Positions 52,793 to 62,406 of a DNA stretch of 64,000 bases are shown here, piece after piece (the first letter of the stretch is position 1; each line of letters starts with the position of its first letter). The DNA lies in contig CBDEUS010000002.1 in assembly GCA_965243395.1 (NCBI GenBank), positions 1-64,000 of the forward strand. The letters run 5' to 3'. This stretch comes from Gammaproteobacteria bacterium (GTDB lineage Bacteria; Pseudomonadota; Gammaproteobacteria; UBA4575). A program made the translations under genes and the position numbers. The notes beneath the pieces are model-generated. The model had not been told where the DNA came from and did not search any database. It was given only the letters and a program-made list of their open reading frames with translations.

Positions 52793-54151
52793 ATGGCTGT
52801 TGCCATTATTTTAATATTACTTGTTGTCGGATCTGTAATTTTCCATTTTATGAGCCCGTGGTATTTCACGGAACTTGCTTCTAATTGGGGTGCAATTGAC
52901 ACCACAGTGACGATCACTTTTGTTGTGTGCGGAATTGTATTCGTGTTAGCCAATTTATTTATGGCGTATTGCATAATTAAGTTTCGCAATAAGAGTAAAG
53001 ATCAACGCGCGGCCTACGAACCAGAAAATAAGAAACTTGAAGCATGGTTAACTGTGATCACAACAATAGGTGTAGTCGCGATGCTTGCTCCGGGCCTTGT
53101 GGTTTGGGCAAAATTTGTATCCCCGCCTGTTGATGCCAACATTGTTGAAGCAGTAGGACAACAATGGCAATGGAGTTTTCGCTTACCCGGCAAGGATCAG
53201 CGCTTAGGCACAGTGGATGCCAAAAAAATAAGCATCGATAATCCATTTGGAATGAATGCAGATGATCCATATGGACAGGACGACATTTTAATTCCAGGAA
53301 ATGAACTACACATACCGCTCAACCAAGCCGTTAAATTTAACCTACGTTCCAAAGACGTTTTACATAATTTCACCGTTCCACAATTTCGCGTAAAAATGGA
53401 TTTGGTTCCTGGCATGGTGACATGGCAGTGGCTAACACCAACACGTGTAGGTGAATTTGAAATACTTTGTGAAGAACTTTGCGGCATTGGTCACCACACA
53501 ATGCGTGGCAAAGTGGTTGTTGACGAAGAAAAAGATTATCAAGCATGGTTATCGCAACAGAAAACCTATGCCCAATTCCTAGCTGAAAAAGAAATTCATG
53601 CCGATGTCGCTGCGGGCAAAGCACTTTATCAAGTTTGTGCTTCGTGCCATGGGCTAGAAGGTGAAGGTAATCCTGCTCTCAATTCTCCTAAGATCAGTGG
53701 TCAAGAGACTTGGTACCTTAAAAGACAGTTAGGGTATTTCAAACACGGGATTCGTGGCAGTGATCCTAATGATACCTATGGTGCACAAATGGCACCCATG
53801 GCAGCAACGCTTGTTGATGATGCTGCAATGAACAACATAGCGGCCTACATACAAACTCTTCCCGACAACCCCGCACCTCAAACTATTAAAGGTGATGCTG
53901 AAAAAGGCAAAAGACTTTATGTCACTTGTGGTAAATGTCATGGCAAGAGTGCTGAAGGTAGATGGGCCGTTAATGCACCGCGGATAAAGGGCATGAGCGA
54001 TTGGTATTTGCTCACTCAACTTCAAAACTTTAAACAAGGATTACGTGGTGCACATCCTGGCGATGTCACGGGTAGGCAGATGGAATCTATGGTGCTGAGT
54101 TTAAGTGATGAAAAAATGCATGATGTGATTGCATACATTAATTCTTTATAA
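52793..54151 (+). CDS. coxB: Cytochrome c oxidase subunit II with two fused c-type heme domains
   Basis: Three hydrophobic helices; QWQW; CuA ligands DVLH...CEELCGIGHHTM; CASCH and CGKCH. Confidence 0.95.
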   Translation: MAVAIILILLVVGSVIFHFMSPWYFTELASNWGAIDTTVTITFVVCGIVFVLANLFMAYCIIKFRNKSKDQRAAYEPENKKLEAWLTVITTIGVVAMLAPGLVVWAKFVSPPVDANIVEAVGQQWQWSFRLPGKDQRLGTVDAKKISIDNPFGMNADDPYGQDDILIPGNELHIPLNQAVKFNLRSKDVLHNFTVPQFRVKMDLVPGMVTWQWLTPTRVGEFEILCEELCGIGHHTMRGKVVVDEEKDYQAWLSQQKTYAQFLAEKEIHADVAAGKALYQVCASCHGLEGEGNPALNSPKISGQETWYLKRQLGYFKHGIRGSDPNDTYGAQMAPMAATLVDDAAMNNIAAYIQTLPDNPAPQTIKGDAEKGKRLYVTCGKCHGKSAEGRWAVNAPRIKGMSDWYLLTQLQNFKQGLRGAHPGDVTGRQMESMVLSLSDEKMHDVIAYINSL

Positions 54152-54195
54152 ATTTTTTAGTAACAAGTAAATAGTAGAGTAACGAGGTAAATAAG

Positions 54196-55941
54196 ATGGC
54201 ACACGTTGCACTCGCCGACGAAGGTCAAGCGCTTCATCATCCTAAAACGTGGATTGGAACCTACGTATGGAGCCAAGATCATAAAGTAATAGGCATTCAA
54301 TACATATTAACTGCAACTGCAGTAGGTGTAGTCGCGCTCGTGCTATCCGGCATGATGCGTTTACAACTGGGTTTCCCAGGGGTATTTGATTTAATTCAAC
54401 CGGATGAATATTACCAAGCCGTGACTATGCACGGCATGATCATGATTGTATTCATGCTTACGGCATTTTTCCTGGGTGGTTTTGGCAACATACTGGTGCC
54501 GTTAATGTGCGGAGCTCGGGATATGGCCTTTCCGTATATGAATATGCTCAGCTATTGGGTGTATTTATTATCTGTAATTGTTGTATGTGCAAGTTTCTTT
54601 GTACCCGAAGGTCCTACTGGAGCAGGTTGGACACTCTACCCGCCTCAAGCTGTCACGGAAGGTACAGCCGGTGCCGACTGGGGAATTGTTTGTATGACGG
54701 TGTCTTTGGGTTTATTCGTTGTCGCGTTCACTATGGGCGGTTTGAACTACGTGACGACTGCATTTCAGGCTCGTACACGCGGTATGACTCTTATGCGTAT
54801 GCCTTTGTCAGTATGGGGCATCATCATGGCAACAATTTTAGGTCTGCTTGCATTTCCTGCTTTGTTAGTAAGCGTAATTATGATGACGCTAGACAAAATG
54901 TTAGGTACAAGCTTTTTTATCCCCGCAATTTCTTCCTTAGGTGAAAACCTAAGTCATGAAGGTGGTAGCCCGATTTTATTCCAACACTTGTTCTGGTTCT
55001 TTGGGCATCCCGAAGTGTACATTGTTGCATTACCTGCTTTCGGTATCGTTTCTGACTTGGTCAGTACTCATGCGCGTAAAAATATATTTGGTTTCCGCAT
55101 GATGGTATGGGCTTTAGTTGCGATTGGTGGTTTAAGTTTCATTGTATGGGCACACCATATGTACGTCAGTGGTATGAACCCGTATTTCGGATTTTTCTTT
55201 GCCACAACAACATTAATTATTGCGGTTCCGACGGCGATCAAAGTCTATAACTGGGTGCTGACGTTGTGGCAAGGCAACATTCATTTGAATGTGCCGATGT
55301 TATTTGCCATTGGCTTTATCTTTACCTTTATTCATGGCGGCATCACGGGTTTATTCCTCGGTAATGTGGTTGTAGACGTTCCTCTGTCTGATACCTATTT
55401 TGTAGTGGGACACTTTCATATGGTCATGGGAGTATCACCGTTCTTAGTTGTATTTGGTGGAATTTATCACTGGTTTCCGTTGCTCACTGGACGCATGTTG
55501 AATGACACCATGGGCAAGATTCACTTCTGGATGACCTTCTTAGGCACCTATGCCATTTACTTACCAATGCACTACATTGGCATTTTAGGTGTACCACGTC
55601 GTTACTTTGCCAATGGTTCGACAGAATTCTTACCTGAATCTGTTCAGACAGCGAATGTGAGCATTACGATTGCTGCATTAGTTGTAGGTACGGCGCAATT
55701 CTTATTCTTGGTTAACATCTTCTGGAGCATCTTCAAAGGCAAGCGAGCAGAAAAGAACCCTTGGCGTGCCACCTCACTGGAATGGCAAACACCGGACATG
55801 CCTCCTAAACATGGTAACTGGGGACCAGAACTTCCTGTAGTCCATCGTTGGGCATATTCCTACAGTGTTCCAGGCGCACGTGAAGACTTCATTCCGCAAA
55901 CGGAAGAACCAAGTGAAAATACTAAAGGTGATGTGCACTAG
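54196..55941 (+). CDS. coxA: Heme-copper oxidase subunit I (A1 type, CoxN-like)
   Basis: DHKVIG (D channel), TMHG, GHPEVY, WAHHM, PTAIK (K channel), HFH, PRRY. Confidence 0.97.
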   Translation: MAHVALADEGQALHHPKTWIGTYVWSQDHKVIGIQYILTATAVGVVALVLSGMMRLQLGFPGVFDLIQPDEYYQAVTMHGMIMIVFMLTAFFLGGFGNILVPLMCGARDMAFPYMNMLSYWVYLLSVIVVCASFFVPEGPTGAGWTLYPPQAVTEGTAGADWGIVCMTVSLGLFVVAFTMGGLNYVTTAFQARTRGMTLMRMPLSVWGIIMATILGLLAFPALLVSVIMMTLDKMLGTSFFIPAISSLGENLSHEGGSPILFQHLFWFFGHPEVYIVALPAFGIVSDLVSTHARKNIFGFRMMVWALVAIGGLSFIVWAHHMYVSGMNPYFGFFFATTTLIIAVPTAIKVYNWVLTLWQGNIHLNVPMLFAIGFIFTFIHGGITGLFLGNVVVDVPLSDTYFVVGHFHMVMGVSPFLVVFGGIYHWFPLLTGRMLNDTMGKIHFWMTFLGTYAIYLPMHYIGILGVPRRYFANGSTEFLPESVQTANVSITIAALVVGTAQFLFLVNIFWSIFKGKRAEKNPWRATSLEWQTPDMPPKHGNWGPELPVVHRWAYSYSVPGAREDFIPQTEEPSENTKGDVH

Positions 55942-55943
55942 TC

Positions 55944-56609
55944 ATGACCGCAACACTCATCTTTCTAGCAGTAATAATGGGCGGAGTCGTAATATGGCTC
56001 ATTCGCCAAACGATCAATGTGCAACCCTGGGCTGAAGAAGGGCCAATAGGTCAACATCATGCGGGAGGCGCATTTTCTATTCCTGCTGCAAAAATTGGTT
56101 TAGTTGTATTTCTTGCGGTAGCAAGCTCGTTATTTTCATTATTTATCAGTGCTTACTTTCAACGCATGGAGTATGGAGACTGGACACCATTACCTGAACC
56201 AGGTTTGTTGTGGATAAACACTGGCATGCTTGTTCTGGCCAGTGTGTTCTTTCAACGCGCACGTAATGCTGCAATTAAAAGTTTAGCTAGAAATGTGAAA
56301 TCGAATTTAATGATTGCAGGTTTATTTACTTTTGCATTTATTGCTAGCCAGCTGTGGGTCTGGAAAGGACTACACGATGCAGGCTTTTTCTTAACCAGCA
56401 ATCCTGCCAATTCGTTCTTTTATGTGCTTACCGCCATTCATGCTTTACATATCTTGGGTGGTTTGTGGGTATGGAGTAAATCGGTTTTCAAACTTCAAAC
56501 TAATGCTGAAGTTCACAAAGTTCGTATGAGTGTCGAACTATGCGCAATTTACTGGCACTTTTTATTACTAGTTTGGTTAGTGCTATTTGCACTACTGTTA
56601 TCAACCTAA
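55944..56609 (+). CDS. Oxidase subunit III-like (CoxO-like)
   Basis: F..LTAIHALH, YWHFL..VW. Confidence 0.88.
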   Translation: MTATLIFLAVIMGGVVIWLIRQTINVQPWAEEGPIGQHHAGGAFSIPAAKIGLVVFLAVASSLFSLFISAYFQRMEYGDWTPLPEPGLLWINTGMLVLASVFFQRARNAAIKSLARNVKSNLMIAGLFTFAFIASQLWVWKGLHDAGFFLTSNPANSFFYVLTAIHALHILGGLWVWSKSVFKLQTNAEVHKVRMSVELCAIYWHFLLLVWLVLFALLLST

Positions 56610-56632
56610 ATTTTCAAAAGGAATAACAAAAC

Positions 56633-57307
56633 ATGTCAAGTTCAGGACAAGTCACAGATCAAGGTGTAGTGAATGATCTGGTAGACGATTGGGCAGAAGA
56701 AAAAGAAGTCTTTAAGGTTCATTGGGGCAAAGCCATGATGTGGATCTTTCTGTTAAGTGACACATTTATTTTTACTTCATTCCTTACCGGTTATATGAAA
56801 GTTCGTGCGAGCTCTACGATCCCATGGCCAAATGCAAGCGAGATCTTTGCGTTGAGTTTTGGTGGAGACCCTATTCCATTAATCTTGATTGCGATCATGA
56901 CATTTGTACTTATTACCAGTAGTGGCACGATGGCGCTTGCGGTGAACTATGGTTACCGTCGAGACCGTGGGAAAACAGCAACGCTATTATTTATAACTGC
57001 CGCCTTCGGACTTTTATTTGTTGGCATGCAAGCATTTGAGTGGACCAAGCTTATTGTTGATGAAGGCGTACGTCCCTGGGGTAATCCATTTGGTGCACCA
57101 CAGTTTGGTGCCTGCTTTTTTATGATTACGGGATTTCACGGGGCTCATGTATCAGGTGGTGTCATCTACCTAACCTACGTTGCCATTGGCGTGCTCAATG
57201 GTCGCTATGAGAAAAAAGGCTATGACATTGTTGAGATATGTGGCCTGTATTGGCACTTCGTGGATTTGGTTTGGGTATTTATTTTTGCATTCTTTTATCT
57301 TTGGTGA
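56633..57307 (+). CDS. Oxidase subunit III-like (CoxP-like)
   Basis: MWIFLLSD, TGFHGAHV, YWHFVDLVW. Confidence 0.9.
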   Translation: MSSSGQVTDQGVVNDLVDDWAEEKEVFKVHWGKAMMWIFLLSDTFIFTSFLTGYMKVRASSTIPWPNASEIFALSFGGDPIPLILIAIMTFVLITSSGTMALAVNYGYRRDRGKTATLLFITAAFGLLFVGMQAFEWTKLIVDEGVRPWGNPFGAPQFGACFFMITGFHGAHVSGGVIYLTYVAIGVLNGRYEKKGYDIVEICGLYWHFVDLVWVFIFAFFYLW

Positions 57308-57316
57308 GGTATAACC

Positions 57317-57682
57317 ATGTCAGCATCAAAATCAGGACACCAAGAACATCCTCTTAGCATTTATCTTTGGATTTGGGTCTTATTGTTCGTGCTTAGCACA
57401 TTTTCTTATATGGTAGATTATTACCAGCTACAAGGTGCCTTGCGCTGGAACCTCATCATCATCTTTATGATGCTAAAAGCAGGTTTCATTGTTGCAATCT
57501 TCATGCATATGACCTGGGAGCGCATCACCTTGATCACCGCTATCTTGGTACCTCCGCTATGCCTGCTGGTTTTAATAGTGTTGATGTCAATTGAAGGTCA
57601 ATACACACATAAGTCTAGAGCTACTTTCTTTGGCCTCGAAGAAGCGCCCGTTGTTGAACATCATGGCGAGAAGAGTCATTAA
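57317..57682 (+). CDS. Oxidase subunit IV family (CoxQ-like)
   Basis: Three TMs, KA..IVAIFMHM.WE. Confidence 0.88.
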   Translation: MSASKSGHQEHPLSIYLWIWVLLFVLSTFSYMVDYYQLQGALRWNLIIIFMMLKAGFIVAIFMHMTWERITLITAILVPPLCLLVLIVLMSIEGQYTHKSRATFFGLEEAPVVEHHGEKSH

Positions 57683-57762
57683 TTGCGGACTCATATTTTT
57701 TATTCAACTTAATTACGTAACGGTGTATTCTTAATTGATAATTCATTCATAATTAGAAATCT

Positions 57763-58371
57763 ATAATTCGCCCTTTCCGTAATATTCTCATTTGCTACAT
57801 CTGTAGCATCTTTATTTGCACAAATGCATTTGCGCATGGGGGCGTGTTTCTTGAAGATGATATTTGTGTTATTCAAATTGATTTCTTTCAAGCACATTTC
57901 ACAATCTATCAACCTCAAATCACTCAGCATGAGGAATTTTGTGAGGATATTCCTGAAATTGGAGATACAATTTTTGTAATGGAATATCTACATGATGGCT
58001 TAAGAGAAATGCCCATAGATTTTCGCATTATCAAAGACACACAAAAGTTAGGGCGTTTTGCAAAATTAGAAGACGTTGAGAAAATCGAAAATCTCGATTC
58101 ACATACTGTTCTTTATCAACCCCCGCAAACCGGACCTGATGGCATCTACTTAGCCAAGTACGACTTCTTGGAAGAAGGCTATTACATTGGTATTGTAAGT
58201 GCTGAACGATTGAGCGATGGAATGGTCTACACGGCTGTATTCCCTTTTCAAGTTGGTAGCAATAGTTGGGGATATATACCTTTAATAATTATTATTGCTA
58301 TCTTTTTACAACTTAATTACTGGCTAATGAGCGGAGGTTTTGCGCGTTTACGCAAAATATTTTCATCATGA
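57763..58371 (+). CDS. PmoD/AmoD-like periplasmic, membrane-anchored putative copper protein (start uncertain)
   Basis: In-frame upstream extension IIRPFRNILICYICSIFICTNAFA|HGGV; mature motifs EDDIC, HFTIYQP, FCEDIP..G.T, LR.MP...RIIKD; C-terminal TM helix. Confidence 0.72.
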   Translation: MIRPFRNILICYICSIFICTNAFAHGGVFLEDDICVIQIDFFQAHFTIYQPQITQHEEFCEDIPEIGDTIFVMEYLHDGLREMPIDFRIIKDTQKLGRFAKLEDVEKIENLDSHTVLYQPPQTGPDGIYLAKYDFLEEGYYIGIVSAERLSDGMVYTAVFPFQVGSNSWGYIPLIIIIAIFLQLNYWLMSGGFARLRKIFSS

Positions 58372-58763
58372 AATTTGCAAATATCATAGTTCTATTATTC
58401 GTAAGTTTTTCTGTTTTGGCTAATACCAATATAGAAGCTACCAAGGAATCAAATAATCAACTATTTAAAGTTAGTTTTATAAGCAAAGCAGATCCAATCA
58501 AAATTAATAAAATACATACATGGATTATTCATATCGAAGACATAAATGGTAACAATATCGAAGATGCAACTATTACTGTAGATGGTGGTATGCCGGCACA
58601 TGACCATGGGCTCCCTACACAACCACAAATAACAAAGCATTTAGGTGATGGCCGCTATTTACTCGAAGGTATGAAATTCCATATGTTGGGATACTGGACC
58701 GTAACCATATCTATTTCCCATGGCAACCTAAGCGATGAAGTAACTTTTGAATTAAATTTTTAA
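58368..58763 (+). CDS. YtkA-like (FixH/YtkA family) periplasmic protein
   Basis: Signal peptide SVLA|; DGGMPAHDHG.P, G.Y..EG.KFHM.G.W; overlaps the upstream stop (ATGA). Confidence 0.82.
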   Translation: MKFANIIVLLFVSFSVLANTNIEATKESNNQLFKVSFISKADPIKINKIHTWIIHIEDINGNNIEDATITVDGGMPAHDHGLPTQPQITKHLGDGRYLLEGMKFHMLGYWTVTISISHGNLSDEVTFELNF

Positions 58764-58772
58764 ACTTGATTC

Positions 58773-60056
58773 ATGAGTTTTATAAACCTTCCCAGAATCC
58801 AATACATCATTTTTGCTCTAGTTATTTTATTAGTTGCTTATTGGCTAGTATCAAATAAAAATTCTAAAATCGATTGGTCTGCAGAAGAAATAAAAGTTTT
58901 AAATACTTTATCTTTAGACAGCATAGATAAACTACCTAAAAGTCACAGCAATATCGTTGCTGATAATCCTGCTGCTGCAGAATTAGGTTGGTTGCTCTTT
59001 TTTGACGAGCGCTTGAGTCATAACGGCAAAGTTTCCTGTGCAACCTGCCATATTCCGGAACTTAAATTCACTGACGGCTTAAAAACTGCAGCGGGTGCCC
59101 AAGCAGGTTTACGCAATACCAATACACTAATTGGTGTTGCATACAGTCCTTGGCAATTTTGGGATGGACGCAAAGATAGCCTGTGGTCACAAGCATTATC
59201 ACCTTTGGAAAATGAATTGGAGCATGCAGGCACGCGAACACAATTTATTCATATCATTTCCAATGATGAAAATTACAAAAAAAAGTATCAACATTTGTTT
59301 GGACCGTTGCCTGATTTTTCAGACCCAACTCGTTTCCCCAAGTCTGCTGGCCCTATTAACAATAAAAATATTAATCAAGCTTGGCAAAAAATGGCAAGTG
59401 AAGATAAAAATTTGGTTACCAATGTATTTGTGAATATCGCGAAAGTAATTGAAGCATATGAACGACTACTGCTTCCAGGTCGAAGTAGATTTGACGATTA
59501 TGTACAGGGTGTAGTTGAAAATAATACTGAAAAATTAACTGCACTCTCCAAAGATGAAGCTCGAGGACTAAAATTATTCATTGGCAAAGCACAATGTATT
59601 AATTGTCATAACGGGCCTTTGTTTACCAATAATGAATTTCATAATACCGCTATACTTTCCCCTACTCGTCAACTGCCGAGCATAGGTAGAGTTGAAGGTG
59701 TCCGTAAAGTATTTGATGATCCGTTTAACTGTCTAGGACAACATAGTGATGCAGAAAAAAATCAATGCGCTGACTTACGCTTTGCAAAATCAGGGGACGA
59801 ATTAATTGGCGCCCACAAAGTGCCCACGCTAAGAAATGTCGTGGAAACAGCCCCCTATATGTATGCTGGACAATTAGAAACGCTTGAAGAAGTAATTGAA
59901 CATTACGATAGCGCACCGCTGGCAATGATTGGCCATAATGAAAGTAAACCACTTGAACTAAGTAACAAAGAAAAAAAACAACTCGAGCTATTTTTATCTA
60001 GCTTATCTAGCCCATTAGCCACAGATCCTAAGTGGCTTAAAAACCCTCATTTATGA
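58773..60056 (+). CDS. Diheme cytochrome c peroxidase / MauG / MbnH superfamily protein
   Basis: LG..LFFD.RLS, CATCH, QFWDGR, CINCH, KVPTLRNV..TAPYM; N-terminal TM anchor. Confidence 0.9.
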   Translation: MSFINLPRIQYIIFALVILLVAYWLVSNKNSKIDWSAEEIKVLNTLSLDSIDKLPKSHSNIVADNPAAAELGWLLFFDERLSHNGKVSCATCHIPELKFTDGLKTAAGAQAGLRNTNTLIGVAYSPWQFWDGRKDSLWSQALSPLENELEHAGTRTQFIHIISNDENYKKKYQHLFGPLPDFSDPTRFPKSAGPINNKNINQAWQKMASEDKNLVTNVFVNIAKVIEAYERLLLPGRSRFDDYVQGVVENNTEKLTALSKDEARGLKLFIGKAQCINCHNGPLFTNNEFHNTAILSPTRQLPSIGRVEGVRKVFDDPFNCLGQHSDAEKNQCADLRFAKSGDELIGAHKVPTLRNVVETAPYMYAGQLETLEEVIEHYDSAPLAMIGHNESKPLELSNKEKKQLELFLSSLSSPLATDPKWLKNPHL

Positions 60057-60215
60057 AAAGAAAGCACTAAGCTATTGCTAAAGAAATAGTCATAGGGCTC
60101 AAACAATCTATCCTGTTAAAGATATAATTTTGTTCAACAATTTCTTACTATTAAATGAGTAATATCACATAGATTAATATTCATACTATCCCTCCTTTAT
60201 TGCGGAGCTTATAAA

Positions 60216-61112
60216 TTGAACGCCACTATTACTGCGGTTCGCACACAAGCAAGTGACTTTTTTGAACTGTGTAAACCACGAATTGCTTTACTGGTCTTAC
60301 TTACCACTTTTACGGGTATGTGGTTAGCTGGCGGCGGTTCTGTACCACTTGAACTAGTTATTTATACTTTACTTGGAACCGGTCTTGCCTCTGCTTCGAG
60401 CGGCGCATTAAATAACTATGTAGATCGTGAAGTAGATAAGCTGATGGCACGCACACGTACACGCGCCTTACCTTCAGCTAGGCTTTTCCCACAACAAGCG
60501 CTATGGCTGGGAGGATTATTAAGCATTTCATCTTTTGTAATCCTGTTTTATTTAGTTAACCCACTAACAGCTTATTTGGCATTGGGCACAACATTTTTCT
60601 ATGTAGTGATCTATACCATCTGGCTGAAACGTATCACGCCATTGTGCACAGAAATCGGCGGTGTAGCAGGTGCACTTCCTCCTGTGATTGGTTGGGCGGC
60701 AGTCACCAACGATATAAGTTGGCAAGCCATGGTAATGTTTATCATCATGTTTATATGGCAGCCGCCACACTTTTGGGCTTTAGCATTATTGCGGGCTGAA
60801 GAATATCGACGTGCGAAATTACCTATGCTGCCAGTCGTAAGTGGTATGGAAATTACTAAATTTCGAATGCTGTTATATACCATCGTACTCATTCCTATAA
60901 GTACAATGATGTTTTGGCTTAACTTAACAGGGCCTGTCTATTTAACTGCAGCATTAGTACTTGGCGCAATTTACTTATTTATCACTATTGATTTTGCGCG
61001 CAAACCAATCACCCACCAAAGCACTAAACGATTGTTTGGCTATTCAATAATATATTTATGCGGCTTATTTGTATTTATTTTTGCAGATTGTCAATGTAAT
61101 TCTGCGCTGTAA
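60216..61112 (+). CDS. cyoE: Protoheme IX farnesyltransferase (heme O synthase), copy 2
   Basis: Same motifs as 51842-52735; aligns to it without gaps; TTG start after GGAG. Confidence 0.95.
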   Translation: MNATITAVRTQASDFFELCKPRIALLVLLTTFTGMWLAGGGSVPLELVIYTLLGTGLASASSGALNNYVDREVDKLMARTRTRALPSARLFPQQALWLGGLLSISSFVILFYLVNPLTAYLALGTTFFYVVIYTIWLKRITPLCTEIGGVAGALPPVIGWAAVTNDISWQAMVMFIIMFIWQPPHFWALALLRAEEYRRAKLPMLPVVSGMEITKFRMLLYTIVLIPISTMMFWLNLTGPVYLTAALVLGAIYLFITIDFARKPITHQSTKRLFGYSIIYLCGLFVFIFADCQCNSAL

Positions 61113-61253
61113 TTTACATTTACAGCAACAAAGTCATATTCTCTTGATGGCAACATCCATCACTCTCAATTCTTAAAGCATTTTCTAAGAATTTTAGTTT
61201 CAAGAATAATAGCCGATATAGTCATATCAGCTTAACTACCTGCCACTAAAATT

Positions 61254-61628
61254 ATGAAAATAGTGCTTTGCATAGTCATCGTATTTTTACTCGCTTCTGA
61301 AAACGCATACTCTTCAGTAAAAACCATTACCTGTAGCTATGATACTTTTGCATCTGTGCAAAAAGTTGATAGAACTACTGAAGTAATGAAGCTAACCTTC
61401 ACCGTGAATACTGAAACCAGTGAGGCTAAAATAATTCGCAAAAATGGAATTACTGAAGTTGATTTGTATCCAACTGGGGGCGGATTTACGTTTATTGAAG
61501 TTAATGAGCGAGGCAACGTGCTTACCACAACCGTAGACGTCCATGGAAAATCAGCACACAGCCGTAACACTATTTTAGATAGTGAACTGGTGCCAAGTCA
61601 GTTTTATGGAACATGCGATTACAAATAG
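61254..61628 (+). CDS. Secreted hypothetical protein
   Basis: Signal peptide; Cys near both mature termini (TC..., G-T-C); no family recognised. Confidence 0.65.
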   Translation: MKIVLCIVIVFLLASENAYSSVKTITCSYDTFASVQKVDRTTEVMKLTFTVNTETSEAKIIRKNGITEVDLYPTGGGFTFIEVNERGNVLTTTVDVHGKSAHSRNTILDSELVPSQFYGTCDYK

Positions 61629-61645
61629 TACATTTAACTTTCTTC

Positions 61646-62398
61646 TTAGCCCTGATCATATAATTCACACGGACTGCGTAGCTCATCCGGAATATTGGGT
61701 GGACATATTCCACATACCTCGTTACCTGGTACCGCAAAATCAATTTTTTTAGGATAAGGTAAATCCAAGTCATTCATAATTTTTACAAACTGCTCTTTAG
61801 GCATACCATTTCCTAAACGTGGATTACGCGCTTTTTCCTGTGCAATGCTGCTTACATGACGACCGGCATAATCATGTGCTGGATATACCAAGGTTTCTCC
61901 AGGCAAGGAAAATAATTTTTCTTGAATGCTTTCATATAATTGACCCGCATCGCCTGATTGAAAGTCAGTGCGACCACATGCATCAATTAATAATGCATCT
62001 CCGGTAAATACCATTTGCTGAGACCCTTGTTTGATTAAATACGCATAATGATGGTCAGTATGCCCGGGTGTAAACAAGGGATGTAATTGTATTGAGCCTA
62101 TTTTAAATACCTGGCCTTCTTCGGCGTATAAATCTGCGCAAGGAAGTTGTGTTTGTTTTGGATAAACAATTTCACATTGAGTTATTGCCTTAAGCTTAGT
62201 TGCACTGGTTAGATGATCAGCGTGTATATGTGTATCGATTGTATAATTTAACTTTAAACCCAATGTCTGAAGCACGTCCAAATCACGTTCCACTGTTTCC
62301 AAAACAGGGTCAATTAAAGCGACCTGACCCTGTTCTGGGCAAGCAATCAAATACGTATATGTTGAAGAACTACTCTCAAATAACTGACGAAAAATCAT
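61646..62398 (-). CDS. Persulfide dioxygenase (ETHE1-like MBL fold)
   Basis: IFRQLF..SSTYTYL, THIHADH, TPGHT, GDALLI..CGRTDFQ, YPAHDY, NPRL. Confidence 0.9.
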   Translation of the reverse strand: MIFRQLFESSSSTYTYLIACPEQGQVALIDPVLETVERDLDVLQTLGLKLNYTIDTHIHADHLTSATKLKAITQCEIVYPKQTQLPCADLYAEEGQVFKIGSIQLHPLFTPGHTDHHYAYLIKQGSQQMVFTGDALLIDACGRTDFQSGDAGQLYESIQEKLFSLPGETLVYPAHDYAGRHVSSIAQEKARNPRLGNGMPKEQFVKIMNDLDLPYPKKIDFAVPGNEVCGICPPNIPDELRSPCELYDQG

Positions 62399-62406
62399 TT
62401 TAAATT

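Noticed and set aside
57763-58371. Concluding that the organism is a methane or ammonia oxidiser from the PmoD-like gene
   Set aside because: No monooxygenase subunits are in the window, and the Met of the Cx7MxH motif is replaced.
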